DNA of 64,000 nucleotides from an uncultured Gammaproteobacteria bacterium. Its GTDB lineage: Bacteria > Patescibacteriota > Microgenomatia > CAZETR01 > Amesbacteraceae. The translations under genes and the position numbers were made by a program. The notes under the pieces were generated by a model. The model did no database searches, was not told where the DNA came from, and saw only the letters and a program-made list of their open reading frames with translations. Location of the stretch: assembly GCA_964633995.1 (NCBI GenBank), contig CAZWKN010000001.1:134527-198526 (forward strand). The letters are read 5' to 3'. This document shows positions 17,745 through 30,355 of this stretch, piece after piece (position 1 is the stretch's first letter; each line of letters opens with the position of its first letter).

Positions 17745-20231
17745 TTACAATTCTTTTTCAAGACATGTGACAGCTGCTACGGTGTCTCCCTTTTTGCTAA
17801 ATCTCATCAAGATGACTCCCTGGGTATCACGACCCAGTTGGGGAATGTTTTTTAGTGGAAGTTTGATGATTTGAGCTGATTTGGACGTCATGACTATTTG
17901 GTCTATGGTTTCGTCTACTGAGACACAGGTAATTATTTTGCCTGTCTTGGGGGTAATTTGGGCGGCTTTGACACCGGAACCAGCTCTTTTTTGAAGAGGC
18001 CAGTTTTTGATTGAAGTTCGTTTGCCAAGACCGTTTTCAGTAACGATTAAAACGTCCTCAAACGTCTTGCGTCGTTTGTCTGATGGATCTGGTTTGTTAG
18101 AAGGATAAACTTCCATGCCGATCACAAAGTCTTGGCCCTTGAGGTCTATTCCTCTAACTCCCATGGTGTCGCGGGCAGTGTGGCGGACATCTTCTTCTTT
18201 GAAACGGATGGACTTACCTTCGTGAGACACAAGTAAAACTTGATCTGAACCGGTTGTGGGTTTAACCCACTTGAGGATATCCCCTGTTTCGAGCTTGATG
18301 GCAATTTTTCCGCTTTGCCGGATATTGTCATACTCTGATAATTTGGTTTTTTTGATAGTGCCTTTGTCTGTTACCATGAGCAGGAATTTGGCTTGATCGT
18401 CTTTGCCTAGTGAAAGGATGGTTTGCAGTTTCTCGTCTTGCTCGATATTTATGAGGTTAACTATGGCCTGACCTTTGGCTTGGCGTGAACCTTCGGGGAG
18501 ATCGTAAGTTTTAATTTTGAAAACCCGACCTTTGTTGGTGAAGAAATACATGTCATCGTGAGTATTGGCAGTTAAAATATGTGAGATTTCATCTTCTTCT
18601 TTGGTGGTCATGCCAGTTACTCCCTTGCCTCCTCGGGCCTGACTCCTAAAGGCGGTCGGATTTTGGCGTTTGATATAGCCAGTGGCAGTTACGGTAACTA
18701 CTGTATCTTCGGCGGGAATAAGATCTTCTTCAGAAAATTCTCCGATAGGATTTTTGTATACTCTGGTGCGACGTTCATCGCCAAATTTTTGTTTGATTTC
18801 TGCTAGTTCTGATTTTATTAAAGCTAATATTTTTTCAGTATGAGCTAGTAAATCTTCTAGGTGGTTAATTAATTCCATTATGGCCTTGTATTCGTCTTCA
18901 ATTTTTCTGCGCTCTAGGGCTGCAAGTTTGCGAAGTTGCATGTCTAAAATAGCTGTGGCTTGTATTTCCGATAAATTGAATCTAGCCATAAGATTCTTTT
19001 TGGCAGTATCGGAATCTGCTGATTCACGGATGGTTTTGATTACGGCATCTAAGTGGTCGAGAGCTATTTTTAGACCTTCAAGGATGTGGGCTCTGGCTCG
19101 GGCCTCTTTAAGTTCAAATTCAGTTCGACGGGTAATTACCAATTGACGGTGCTTGATATATTCGGACAAAATCATCTTAAGGCTGCAGGTTTGAGGAGTG
19201 TCGTCAACTAGGGCAACAAAATTTGCAGGGAAAGAAGTCTGGAGAGCTGTGTGTTTGTAGAGGTTGTTGAGGAGTGACTTGGGTTTGGCATCACGTTTTA
19301 GCTCTACTACTACCCGGATGCCATGACGATCTGATTCGTCGCGCAGGTCGGATATTCCCTCGATCTTTTTTTCATGAACTAAGTTTGCTATTTTGGAAAC
19401 CATTTCGGCTTTGTTGACCTGGTAGGGAATTTCTGTAATGACTATTTGGGATTTGCCCGATTTGGTTTCCTCTATTTCTGCTTTTCCACGAACAACGATA
19501 CGTCCTCTGCCGGTGGCGTAAACTTCGGCAATAGCTTTGGTGTCGTAGATGGCACCATAGGTTGGAAAATCAGGACCTTTTACAAACTGCATAAGGTTTT
19601 CTATTGTGGCCTCTGGGTAATCAATCAGATAATCAATCGCATCAATAAGCTCCGATAAATTGTGAGGTGGAATTTTGGTGGCCATACCAACGGCGATACC
19701 GTCAGACCCCATTAGTAATAAGTTGGGGAGTTTTGCTGGAAGAAAAACTGGTTCGTTGTGGGTGCCGTCAAAGTTTGGGGCCATATCGACTGTATTTTTC
19801 TCAATGTCGACAAGCATTTCCTCGGCTATCTTTGAAAGTTTAGCTTCTGTGTAGCGCATTGCAGCTGGGGAATCACCGTCAATGGAGCCGAAATTTCCTT
19901 GGCCGTCAATTAGGGGGTAACGCATGGAAAAATCTTGGGCTAAACGAACCATGGCGTCATAGACCGGCATGTCTCCGTGAGGATGGTATTTTCCTAGGAC
20001 TTCTCCAACAACCGTGGCGGATTTTTTGTGTTTACCGGAAGCTTTGAGGCCTGTGTCCCACATGGCATAGAGGATGCGACGATGAACTGGTTTTAGGCCG
20101 TCGCGGACGTCTGGAAGGGCGCGGGCGACAATGACAGACATGGCGTAATCAAGGAAGTTTTTCTGCATCTCTGTCGAGATGTTGATGGTTTGAATTTTGC
20201 CGATGGGGTTTAAATCTTGCGCTTCTGCCAT
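17745..20231 (-). CDS. gyrA: DNA gyrase subunit A
   Basis: 828 aa; [31 protein letters not shown] (active-site Tyr), C-terminal beta-pinwheel repeats. Confidence 0.95.
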   Translation of the reverse strand: MAEAQDLNPIGKIQTINISTEMQKNFLDYAMSVIVARALPDVRDGLKPVHRRILYAMWDTGLKASGKHKKSATVVGEVLGKYHPHGDMPVYDAMVRLAQDFSMRYPLIDGQGNFGSIDGDSPAAMRYTEAKLSKIAEEMLVDIEKNTVDMAPNFDGTHNEPVFLPAKLPNLLLMGSDGIAVGMATKIPPHNLSELIDAIDYLIDYPEATIENLMQFVKGPDFPTYGAIYDTKAIAEVYATGRGRIVVRGKAEIEETKSGKSQIVITEIPYQVNKAEMVSKIANLVHEKKIEGISDLRDESDRHGIRVVVELKRDAKPKSLLNNLYKHTALQTSFPANFVALVDDTPQTCSLKMILSEYIKHRQLVITRRTEFELKEARARAHILEGLKIALDHLDAVIKTIRESADSDTAKKNLMARFNLSEIQATAILDMQLRKLAALERRKIEDEYKAIMELINHLEDLLAHTEKILALIKSELAEIKQKFGDERRTRVYKNPIGEFSEEDLIPAEDTVVTVTATGYIKRQNPTAFRSQARGGKGVTGMTTKEEDEISHILTANTHDDMYFFTNKGRVFKIKTYDLPEGSRQAKGQAIVNLINIEQDEKLQTILSLGKDDQAKFLLMVTDKGTIKKTKLSEYDNIRQSGKIAIKLETGDILKWVKPTTGSDQVLLVSHEGKSIRFKEEDVRHTARDTMGVRGIDLKGQDFVIGMEVYPSNKPDPSDKRRKTFEDVLIVTENGLGKRTSIKNWPLQKRAGSGVKAAQITPKTGKIITCVSVDETIDQIVMTSKSAQIIKLPLKNIPQLGRDTQGVILMRFSKKGDTVAAVTCLEKEL

Positions 20232-20325
20232 AGTTTTTTAGGACTCGAATATATTAACCGTTTTATATACCTAAAGCAAGGGTAATTCGAGTTATTTTGG
20301 GGATAATTTCTGAGGTGGTTTGTTG

Positions 20326-20865
20326 TTAGTCTTGAGGGGGCGTGTGGAATCGCTCCACACATTCGTGAATGATTTTTTTGGCTGCTTCGACATCTCCCCA
20401 TCCGAGTACTTTAGTGGTGCCTGGTTTTTTGAGGTCTTTATAGTGATTAAAATGAAACTCAATTTTTTCTTTCCAACGAGATCCTAGGTCTTCCAGTGTC
20501 GAGTATTTGTTGCCCAAATTGCGATCGTCTGCTACGACAGCTACGACTTTATAATCCATTTCGCCATCGTCCTCAAAGTTTAATATGCCTAAAATTTTGG
20601 CCTTAAGGTGGACTCCGGTAGAAATTGGTTCGGCACATACTATCAGAATGTCTAACTCGTCGCCGTCTTCGTCTAGGGTGCCTGGGATGAAACCATAATT
20701 AGTGGGTTTTTTGAACACATCGGGTTCCACCCTATCTAATTCGAAGGTGGCGGTTGCGCGTTTGTATTCTAATTTTAAAGTCGATCCTTCTGGAATTTCG
20801 ACAACTGCATTTACGGTGCCATCGTCAATGTTGCCGGGTGTAAGAAGTTTGTTGAAGTCTGACAT
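20326..20865 (-). CDS. ppa: Inorganic pyrophosphatase (family I)
   Basis: 179 aa; VVEIPEGS...YGFIPGTLDEDGDELDILIV signature. Confidence 0.9.
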   Translation of the reverse strand: MSDFNKLLTPGNIDDGTVNAVVEIPEGSTLKLEYKRATATFELDRVEPDVFKKPTNYGFIPGTLDEDGDELDILIVCAEPISTGVHLKAKILGILNFEDDGEMDYKVVAVVADDRNLGNKYSTLEDLGSRWKEKIEFHFNHYKDLKKPGTTKVLGWGDVEAAKKIIHECVERFHTPPQD

Positions 20866-20939
20866 GGTTGTTATTTTAACAGATTTTTGAAATGTGTGTT
20901 TTTGTTGAAACGATGCAGCTGCATTGTTTAGACAAAAGA

Positions 20940-21209
20940 TTACTTGGTGAAGCCGATGTAAATGTAAGTAACAATGAATGACGGGATAATGTATAAAATA
21001 GTTAGAAATAGGTTTTTGCGATTATTTTTGATGCAGTAAAACCCTGCAAAATAGGTCGCTAGCAGTGGGAAAAGTGAAACTAGTTTCCAAAACGGTGCGT
21101 TTTCGTATGACAGTATTGAGGTGGTGGCAAGTAGATAAATCATAACTGCAAATGTGGCGCCAAATGGGACGAGCCAAGTAAGGAGAAGAAACGTGATGGA
21201 CTTGATCAT
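20940..21209 (-). CDS. Hypothetical small membrane protein
   Basis: 89 aa, three hydrophobic helices. Confidence 0.35.
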   Translation of the reverse strand: MIKSITFLLLTWLVPFGATFAVMIYLLATTSILSYENAPFWKLVSLFPLLATYFAGFYCIKNNRKNLFLTILYIIPSFIVTYIYIGFTK

Positions 21210-21312
21210 ATGTCCAGATTAGCGGTTTTGGCCCGACTATTTTTCCCGTTCGACTTTACAGATCTATTCGATCACGTCTCACGGAGCAAATTTAGTCGGA
21301 CTTCGAGTGCCA

Positions 21313-23226
<1,914 letters not shown>

Positions 23227-23235
23227 TTAGCAATA

Positions 23236-23829
23236 TTAGCCCGTGAGTTCAATCACAAAGTGGTCCAATATAAGTTTGACATTACAGTTGGATTTGAGAT
23301 ACTTGCGAGTGTCAGAGACTAGATGATAGATCTTAGATGCTAGATGAGGGTTGGAAACAATTAAGTGTTGGTGAGTGTATTGTTCAAGGTCGGCTAAAAA
23401 GGACAAAGAGGACTCTCTGGTAAAAGCTTGAGCTTCCATTAGAGTAAGGCGAGTTTGAAAAGAATCGGCTGCTAAAAGTGAGGTGATAAACGAGAAGTCG
23501 GGGGTTTGGGGGGTATGGATGATAGTTGGTAGTAATTCTACCCGGGATAAAATGGTAGGCAGGAGCGAGTTTGGCTGAGAAGTAAGCAGGTATATTTGGG
23601 AATTTCCAGGGGGTTCCTCGAGAGTTTTGAGAATGGCGTGTTGGGCGGTAGTAGTAAGAAGCTCGGCGTTAAAAATGACTACGGTGTTGCGGGGTGATTG
23701 GGCGGGTTTTCTGGATAAAAAATTTTGGATGGTCCGGATTTCTTCTATTCCTATGGAGGTGTCGGGGTGAATTTCCAGTGTGTCAGGTGAAGCTGGAAGG
23801 TCAATTTTGTCGGTGAGAAATGCGTGCAT
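23236..23829 (-). CDS. holB: DNA polymerase III delta-prime subunit-like (short)
   Basis: 197 aa; AQHAILKTLEEPPGNSQIYLLT and TILSRVE are clamp-loader delta-prime/tau box motifs; no P-loop. Confidence 0.65.
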   Translation of the reverse strand: MHAFLTDKIDLPASPDTLEIHPDTSIGIEEIRTIQNFLSRKPAQSPRNTVVIFNAELLTTTAQHAILKTLEEPPGNSQIYLLTSQPNSLLPTILSRVELLPTIIHTPQTPDFSFITSLLAADSFQTRLTLMEAQAFTRESSLSFLADLEQYTHQHLIVSNPHLASKIYHLVSDTRKYLKSNCNVKLILDHFVIELTG

Positions 23830-23848
23830 ATGTTGTATTATTGATTAT

Positions 23849-25600
23849 ATGCCTCCTGCCCAATTAAATGGCGGTTTTGTTTCGGATGGAGAAGTCGCTC
23901 CGGTGGTTGATTTGTTGGTGACCATGGGAAAGATTACGGCTGCTGACAGGGATAAGGCCAGGGAGAATTTTGTGGCTTCGGGAAATTTGATGACGGATTG
24001 GTTGCTTAGGCAGGGACTAATAAAAATTGAAGATTTGGTGGAGGCCAGAGCGAAGTATTTGAATGTGCCGTTTGTAAAATTGTCGGATAAAGCGGTGTCT
24101 CCCGTCGCACTTGGGTATGTAGATAAGTCGGTAGCCGAGAGGTTAAAACTGATTCCTTTTGAGTATAAAAGTCTGACAAACGAATTGTGTGTGGCGATGG
24201 TAAACCCAGTCGATTTGACGGCAATAGAGTTTCTGGAGAAAAAAACTGGTATCAGAGTAAAAGCGTTTGCTGCGATTCCGTCCGAAGTTACGGAAAATAT
24301 TGCTACACAGTATCAACAGAGTTTATCTACAGAAGTTACGGCGGCGTTAAAGGAGGCCGGGGGCGGAGGAAATGTTGATGTTAAGACGGTTAATATCCGA
24401 AAGGTAAACGAGTTGATTCGAGAAGCCCCGATTGCAAAAATAGTTACCACTATATTAGACTTTGCGGTTAAATCCCGGGCATCCGATGTTCACATTGAGC
24501 CGTTGGAAGAAAGAACCAGAATAAGATACCGAATTGATGGCATTTTGCATGAAAAATTGGTATTGCCCAGGAAGATTCATGATTCGCTGGTGTCACGCAT
24601 CAAAATTTTGTCTGACATGAAGATTGATGAGAAAAGAATACCGCAGGATGGAAGGTTTAATTTTCAAACTGAAAATGACGAGGTCGATTTGCGTGTGTCT
24701 ACTCTGCCGACCGTTCATGGCGAGAAGGTGGTGATGAGATTGCTCAAAAAATCTGGGACGGTTCCCAGTCTGTCCGACTTGGGACTTCGTGGCCGCGCGT
24801 TAAAAAATTTGGAAGAAGCGATTCTTAGGCCACACGGAATTATACTGGTGACTGGACCTACTGGATCCGGTAAAACAACCACTCTTTATTCCGTGCTATC
24901 GAGAATAAATACCGTCAAAGTAAATGTGGTGACACTAGAGGATCCGGTGGAATATCAAATGCCTGGGGTAAATCAGGTGCAAATTAATCCTCAGGCTGGA
25001 TTGACATTTGCCTCAGGGCTTAGGTCGTTTTTGAGACAAGACCCGAATGTAATTATGGTGGGAGAGATACGTGATCAGGAGACAGCAGAATTGGCTGTAC
25101 AAGCATCATTGACCGGCCATTTGGTGTTTTCTACGTTGCATACTAATTCTGCTGCGGGAGCACTACCTAGAATGTTGGACATGAACGCTGAGCCATATCT
25201 GTTGGCATCTACTATTACGGCCATAGTGGGACAAAGGGTGGCTAGAAAAATTTGTAATGTCTGCCGGAAAAGTTATGTACCCATTGGTACGGTGATAGAA
25301 GATGTGAGACAAGTATTGGACAAATTATGGACGGTAGATCCGAATAAAGGAGTCCAATTTTTCCGCGGAGAAGGGTGTGAGCAATGTGGAGGAACCGGAT
25401 ATCGTGGACGGGTGGGAATTTATGAAGTATTGCCGGTCTCTGAAAAAATAGGGCGACTTATTTTGGAAAGATCACCGGCTGTTGAGATAGAAAAGCAAGC
25501 TATCTCTGAGGGAATGATTACCATGAAACAAGATGGTTATATGAAGGTGGTGGAAGGATTAACTTCTATAGAAGAAGTCCTGAGAGTGGCTCAAGAATGA
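23849..25600 (+). CDS. pilB: Type IV pilus assembly ATPase PilB (GspE family)
   Basis: Start MPPAQLNGG (23849); T2SSE_N domain; Walker A LVTGPTGSGKTTTLYS; Asp box; Walker B; tetracysteine CNVC...CEQCGGTGY. Confidence 0.9.
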   Translation: MPPAQLNGGFVSDGEVAPVVDLLVTMGKITAADRDKARENFVASGNLMTDWLLRQGLIKIEDLVEARAKYLNVPFVKLSDKAVSPVALGYVDKSVAERLKLIPFEYKSLTNELCVAMVNPVDLTAIEFLEKKTGIRVKAFAAIPSEVTENIATQYQQSLSTEVTAALKEAGGGGNVDVKTVNIRKVNELIREAPIAKIVTTILDFAVKSRASDVHIEPLEERTRIRYRIDGILHEKLVLPRKIHDSLVSRIKILSDMKIDEKRIPQDGRFNFQTENDEVDLRVSTLPTVHGEKVVMRLLKKSGTVPSLSDLGLRGRALKNLEEAILRPHGIILVTGPTGSGKTTTLYSVLSRINTVKVNVVTLEDPVEYQMPGVNQVQINPQAGLTFASGLRSFLRQDPNVIMVGEIRDQETAELAVQASLTGHLVFSTLHTNSAAGALPRMLDMNAEPYLLASTITAIVGQRVARKICNVCRKSYVPIGTVIEDVRQVLDKLWTVDPNKGVQFFRGEGCEQCGGTGYRGRVGIYEVLPVSEKIGRLILERSPAVEIEKQAISEGMITMKQDGYMKVVEGLTSIEEVLRVAQE

Positions 25601-26661
25601 CGATAACTCAACTTTTGACATACGTTTCCGAAAAAAAAGCATCCGATTTACATTTGGTGGTGGGGTCTCAACCGCTAGTCAGAATAGATGGAGAACTGAT
25701 AGCTGTTCCGGGCGAAGGAGTTTTAGATGCTTTTTCTGTGGAGCAATTGATGAATGGTGTACTGTCGACGGAACAAAAACAACTTTTATTAGCAAATAAG
25801 GAATTGGATTTTTCATTTGCAGTGGGCAATAGCTCAAGGTTTAGGGTCAATGCGTACTTTCAGAAAAACACGATGGCGGGAAGTTTTAGGGCCGTGCCGG
25901 CCACCATTCCCTCCTTGGAAATGTTGGGACTACCAAAAATTTGTAGAGATTTAACGAGTTTAAAACAGGGTTTTGTATTGGTAACCGGGCCAACGGGTCA
26001 GGGAAAATCAACGACATTGGCTGCAATTTTAGAGACTATAAATCAAACCAGATCTGCGCACATTGTGACAATTGAGGATCCTGTTGAATATGTTTATACA
26101 CCTGTTAAATCGGTAATTACCCAGCGGGAGATGCATAACGATACTCACTCTTGGAGTGTGGCACTAAGATCGGTATTAAGAGAAGATCCTGACGTGGTGC
26201 TGGTAGGAGAAATGCGGGATTATGAAACAATTGCCGCTGCTTTGACAGTCGCCGAAACTGGTCATTTAGTGTTTGCGACGTTGCACACTAATTCGGCCGC
26301 CCAGACGATTGATCGGATTGTGGATGTTTTTCCGGAGAATCAACAACCTCAGGTTAGGTTGCAACTGTCCAACAATTTGGAAGCAGTATTTTCTCAGAGG
26401 TTAGTGCCAAAGATTGGTGGAGGTAGGGTTGTGGCTTATGAAGTTATGCTGGGAACTTCGGCGGTCAAAACGGCAATAAGAGAGGGCAGAACTCATATGT
26501 TGGATAATATTATTATGACTTCTGGAGAAGTGGGAATGGTGACACTGGAAGCGGTATTGGCTGGGTTTTATAAGAACGGAAAAATTTCTTTGGACGTGGC
26601 GAATGCGTATGCTTTGCGACCTTCTGACATTGCCCGATTTTCCAAAGAAGGTGAAGTATGA
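25597..26661 (+). CDS. pilT: Twitching-motility retraction ATPase PilT
   Basis: 354 aa; VTGPTGQGKSTTLAA Walker A; AIRTAIREGRTH-like C-terminal PilT motif. Confidence 0.9.
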   Translation: MTITQLLTYVSEKKASDLHLVVGSQPLVRIDGELIAVPGEGVLDAFSVEQLMNGVLSTEQKQLLLANKELDFSFAVGNSSRFRVNAYFQKNTMAGSFRAVPATIPSLEMLGLPKICRDLTSLKQGFVLVTGPTGQGKSTTLAAILETINQTRSAHIVTIEDPVEYVYTPVKSVITQREMHNDTHSWSVALRSVLREDPDVVLVGEMRDYETIAAALTVAETGHLVFATLHTNSAAQTIDRIVDVFPENQQPQVRLQLSNNLEAVFSQRLVPKIGGGRVVAYEVMLGTSAVKTAIREGRTHMLDNIIMTSGEVGMVTLEAVLAGFYKNGKISLDVANAYALRPSDIARFSKEGEV

Positions 26662-27860
26662 AATTTGCATATACCGCGAAGTCCATGGGGGGGCAGAAGC
26701 AAAAGGGTCAGGTAGACGCCGTTTCGGTGCAGAACGCCGTTGAGTCTATCAGAGGTCAGGGTTTGGTACCTATTACGGTAACAGAAGTTAAGATGGGGAT
26801 TGGTTTGGGAGAATTGGGAATAGGAATTAGTGGAGTGAAATCGTCTGATATTGCCAATTTTACGAGACAACTTTCGACTATGATTACGGCTGGGTTGCCG
26901 TTGACCGATGCGCTTTCTTTGTTGAAAGCTCAATCCCCTCCTCCATTGGCGAAGGTGGTCTCGGAAATATTACTGGATGTACAGTCAGGAATTTCTTTAT
27001 CGGCCGCGATGGCTAAGCATCCTAAGGTCTTTTCTAAAGTGTATGTAGCGCTGGTTAAAGCCGGAGAAGCGGCTGGGGTGATGGAGACTGTCTTAAATCG
27101 ATTGGCAGAAAATACTGAAAAGAGCCGAGAATTTTCGGGCAAAGTGAAAGGGGCGATGGTGTATCCGGTGATTGTATTGATAGGCATGGCTATCGTTATG
27201 GCGGTAATGGTGCTTTTTGTGGTACCGAAATTAACAGCGATGTATGCGGATTTTGGAGCTGAGTTGCCGATTGCCACAAAAATGGTGATGTCCATATCGG
27301 ATTTTTCAATTCATTATTGGTGGTTGGCGGCCATAGTGATCGTCGGAGGTGTATTTGGAGGAAAAGCGTATCTACAAACATCGATAGGCAGGTACCAGTG
27401 GGACGAACTGGTCTATAAAATTCCTGTGTGGGGAGCTTTGGGTAGGCAAATAATGTTGACTGAATTAACCGGAACATTAGGACTACTTGTGGGGTCTGGG
27501 GTTTCGGTGGTTGAGGCATTAAATATCGTTTCAGGAGCTGTGGGGAATGTGGTGGTGGAGAAGGATGTAAAACGAATTGCTAAACAGGTTGAAAAAGGGT
27601 TTCCGGTGTCAATTAGTTTTTCTGAAAGTTTGGTGTTTCCTCCGATTGTGGGGCAAATGGTGGCAGTGGGAGAAGAGACGGGAAAGATGGATGATGTGCT
27701 GTCTAAGCTGGAACATTTTTTTGGTTCTGAGTCTGAGCAAAAGGTTAAGGCATTGACAACAGCGATAGAGCCGCTAATAATAATCGTATTGGCAGTCGGT
27801 GTGGGTTTTTTGATGTATGCCATCGTTATGCCTATTTATGGAATTACTAATAAGTTTTGA
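26658..27860 (+). CDS. pilC: Type IV pilus platform protein PilC (GspF family)
   Basis: 400 aa; two GspF repeats each followed by hydrophobic helices. Confidence 0.9.
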   Translation: MKFAYTAKSMGGQKQKGQVDAVSVQNAVESIRGQGLVPITVTEVKMGIGLGELGIGISGVKSSDIANFTRQLSTMITAGLPLTDALSLLKAQSPPPLAKVVSEILLDVQSGISLSAAMAKHPKVFSKVYVALVKAGEAAGVMETVLNRLAENTEKSREFSGKVKGAMVYPVIVLIGMAIVMAVMVLFVVPKLTAMYADFGAELPIATKMVMSISDFSIHYWWLAAIVIVGGVFGGKAYLQTSIGRYQWDELVYKIPVWGALGRQIMLTELTGTLGLLVGSGVSVVEALNIVSGAVGNVVVEKDVKRIAKQVEKGFPVSISFSESLVFPPIVGQMVAVGEETGKMDDVLSKLEHFFGSESEQKVKALTTAIEPLIIIVLAVGVGFLMYAIVMPIYGITNKF

Positions 27861-27887
27861 TATGTGTAGAAGGGAGGTGAGCGAATA

Positions 27888-28400
27888 ATGTTTAATATTA
27901 AAAAGGGTTTTACGTTGATTGAACTTTTGGTAGTAATTGGTTTGTTGGCTGTTATTTCCGCCGGAGTTGTTGCGCTCATCAACCCACAGGATAAATTGAA
28001 TGCCGGTAATGATGCCGGAGTTCAGAATTCTATTGGTGAAATTGGGACAGCTGCTCAAGCATATGCTGCTACTCATAGTGGAAATTATCCCGGTTTGGAT
28101 TCCGATACGGTATTGGTTACGACAGGAGATTTGACTGTATGGCCAACTTCTCCAAACGGAACCATTACTGATGGATCTACGTGCGCAGTTTCCGGAGGAG
28201 CCGGATGTACTAGGTATACAGTTTATGCGCCAGTGAAATCGAAGAAGTACGCTTCTTCGTTGGGAGTTGCGACTGGAACTGGAGGCACTGTAGCTGCTTG
28301 TGGAGCTGCTAATGCTTACTGGTTGTGGACATCAAATACTGGTAAGGCATGTTTGTATTGTGGAGCGCCAGTTGCTGATGGGACAATGAGTTGTCCGTGA
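27888..28400 (+). CDS. Type IV (major) pilin
   Basis: MFNIKKGFTLIELLVVIGLLAVISAGVVALI: class III signal with G-F cleavage site and Glu+5; C-terminal Cys pairs. Confidence 0.8.
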   Translation: MFNIKKGFTLIELLVVIGLLAVISAGVVALINPQDKLNAGNDAGVQNSIGEIGTAAQAYAATHSGNYPGLDSDTVLVTTGDLTVWPTSPNGTITDGSTCAVSGGAGCTRYTVYAPVKSKKYASSLGVATGTGGTVAACGAANAYWLWTSNTGKACLYCGAPVADGTMSCP

Positions 28401-28462
28401 TTGGTTTAGTAAGTTTTGTTACACCGGCCGAAAGGCCGGTGTTTGGGTTTAGGGAGATACAT

Positions 28463-28503
28463 GTCATCGCGAACCCCGCCAAGGCGGGGTGTGGCGATCT
28501 GAC
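28463..28503 (+). terminator. Nested-hairpin repeat element downstream of the major pilin gene (probable terminator/processing hairpin)
   Basis: GTCATCGC-GAA-CCCCGCC-AAG-GCGGGG-TGTG-GCGATCTGAC; inverse-orientation homologue of 5025-5062 with a compensatory inner stem. Confidence 0.55.
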
Positions 28504-28560
28504 GAGATTGCTTCCATGTGCCCGCAACGACACTCCCCTTCCCTTTCCACCTCACCCCTG

Positions 28561-28586
28561 CCCTTCTCCACAATTGTGGAGAAGGG
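28561..28586 (+). repeat. Hairpin CCCTTCTCCACAATTGTGGAGAAGGG, partner of the nested-hairpin element
   Basis: Homologous to 4991-5014 (CCCTCTCCTGGATTCAGGAGAGGG); a C-rich spacer precedes it. Confidence 0.5.
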
Positions 28587-28609
28587 GGTGTTGCGGTTAG
28601 AATGGAGGC

Positions 28610-29338
28610 ATGGAAGTTGTGTTTTTTGTGTTGGGGGCGGTGATGGGGAGTGTGGCGAATGCCATTATTGATAGACTTCCTCGAAATGAAGCATGGAGTA
28701 AGGGTAGGTCTCATTGTGATAAGTGTAATCATTCGTTGGGGTTATTTGACTTGATACCATTAATTTCCTTTTTAACCCTTGCCGGTAAATGTAGGTATTG
28801 TAAAAAACAGATACCAAAGCGTAATTTTGTCGTGGAATTGTTTTTGGGTTTGGGCTTTTTGGTGATAAGTCGGATAGGACACATGGGACTGATAGGACAA
28901 ATACTATTGATGGGGATGTTGTGGGTGACGACGATAATCGCGGTTATGGATTGGGAAACTAAACTAGTATCCGAATTATTGGTGTTTGTGTGGTGGATAC
29001 TAGTAGTTTTTCAGTTAAACAGTTTTTCAGTTCTTCAGTTGACGGGATTAATTGCTGGTGTTGGTGTAATTGGGGGAATATGGGCGGTGACGCGTGGGAG
29101 AGCGATGGGGTTTGGGGACGTAGAAATAGTTGCTGTTATGGGATGGTGGTTGGGGTGGCCAAAGATTGGGGTGGCTTTGTGGATGGCGTTTGTAGTAGGG
29201 GCAATATTTGGCATTTATCATTTGACATTTAGACAGTTGAAATTGAAAAGTGAGATTGCGTTTGGGCCGTTTTTGATTTTGGGGACATGGGTAGCTTATT
29301 TTGGAGGAGAGACTATAATTAAATTACTAAATTTTTAA
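28610..29338 (+). CDS. pilD: Prepilin peptidase PilD (A24 family)
   Basis: 242 aa; N-terminal CDKC...CRYC zinc-binding pairs, 6-7 TM helices, catalytic Asp regions. Confidence 0.85.
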   Translation: MEVVFFVLGAVMGSVANAIIDRLPRNEAWSKGRSHCDKCNHSLGLFDLIPLISFLTLAGKCRYCKKQIPKRNFVVELFLGLGFLVISRIGHMGLIGQILLMGMLWVTTIIAVMDWETKLVSELLVFVWWILVVFQLNSFSVLQLTGLIAGVGVIGGIWAVTRGRAMGFGDVEIVAVMGWWLGWPKIGVALWMAFVVGAIFGIYHLTFRQLKLKSEIAFGPFLILGTWVAYFGGETIIKLLNF

Positions 29339-29361
29339 TTTTAAATTTTTAATTTTTAAAC

Positions 29362-29847
29362 ATGGTGAAAGATTTTTCTATATTCGATTGGACTAAAAAC
29401 GAGATAGTGTTTGTCGGGGCTGTTTTGGTAGCGATTGTGGTGATTTCTACTAATCAATTACTGACGTCCCAGATGAGAACTAGGGACGCACAAAGAAGGG
29501 CCGATACCGAGCTGGTAGCCAGGGCGATTGGAGCTTATTTTGAGGACTATAAAACACTACCTCTGTCTGAAAATGGAAAAATAGTGGCGTGTGGAGATAA
29601 GGGATTATCGATATGTGAATGGGGGCAGGGTCAGATAGTTGATAAAGACAATGTAACCTATTTGAAAAAATTGCCGGAAGATCCATGGAAATATAAAGGA
29701 TATAAATATGTGTATGAAGTGGATGAGAAAAACCAGACGTTTAGAGTGTATGCGTTTTTGGAAAATTTAAGCGACAAAACCAGGAAGGCGCATTTGACAG
29801 TGCAGTGTGGAAACAATGTACAATGTAGTTGGTATGCACCGAACTAA
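29362..29847 (+). CDS. Pilin-fold (GspG-like) protein with non-canonical N-terminus
   Basis: 161 aa; hydrophobic helix IVFVGAVLVAIVVIS, then RDAQRRADTELVARAIGAYFEDYKTLP (GspG-like block); no G-F-T-L-I-E prepilin cleavage motif. Confidence 0.5.
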   Translation: MVKDFSIFDWTKNEIVFVGAVLVAIVVISTNQLLTSQMRTRDAQRRADTELVARAIGAYFEDYKTLPLSENGKIVACGDKGLSICEWGQGQIVDKDNVTYLKKLPEDPWKYKGYKYVYEVDEKNQTFRVYAFLENLSDKTRKAHLTVQCGNNVQCSWYAPN

Positions 29848-30355
29848 TATATTGCGTATTGCGTATTACAGATTACATATAAATTTGGGGTTTACTCTAG
29901 TTGAGTTGTTGGTGTCGATTGGCCTGTTGGCGGTTTTGTCTGCCGGAGTGGTGTCTATTATTGGTACTGGACCTGCCAAAACCGGCAGGGATGGCAAACG
30001 CCAGACCGATTTGCAATCAATTGCTTCGGCATTGGAGCTGTACAGAAATGATAACGGGACTTATCCCCAATGCACTGGCGGGGTCACTGGATGTACTGCA
30101 GGTTCGTTGGTTAATGGGACTGGTATGCCGTCGTTTTCTGGTTATTTGTCAACTATTCCCGGAGATGTAAAATCTCCGACGAGGGAATATCGATATGCTC
30201 CACTTGATTCAAGTTCTAACGCCTGTGATGGCACCTTGGGTGATAAGTGTGTAAAGTATTCGTTGTGCGCCGCATTGGAAAATGGTACTGGTTCGGTGGT
30301 GGGCTGTGGAACTTGTGGTGCAACAACGTGTAATGTTTTGGTCCTTAGTCCATGA
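29834..30355 (+). CDS. Type IV pilin / pseudopilin (GspG-like)
   Basis: Leader MHRTNILRIAYYRLHINLG then FTLVELLVSIGLLAVL; KRQTDLQSIASALELYRNDNGTYP GspG signature; C-terminal Cys pairs. Confidence 0.7.
   Translation: MHRTNILRIAYYRLHINLGFTLVELLVSIGLLAVLSAGVVSIIGTGPAKTGRDGKRQTDLQSIASALELYRNDNGTYPQCTGGVTGCTAGSLVNGTGMPSFSGYLSTIPGDVKSPTREYRYAPLDSSSNACDGTLGDKCVKYSLCAALENGTGSVVGCGTCGATTCNVLVLSP

Noticed and set aside
28391-28732. Several 60-108-aa ORFs on both strands between the pilin gene and pilD
   Set aside because: They run through the nested-hairpin and C-rich repeat region; peptides such as PPSPQLWRRGCCG are repeat read-through, not genes.
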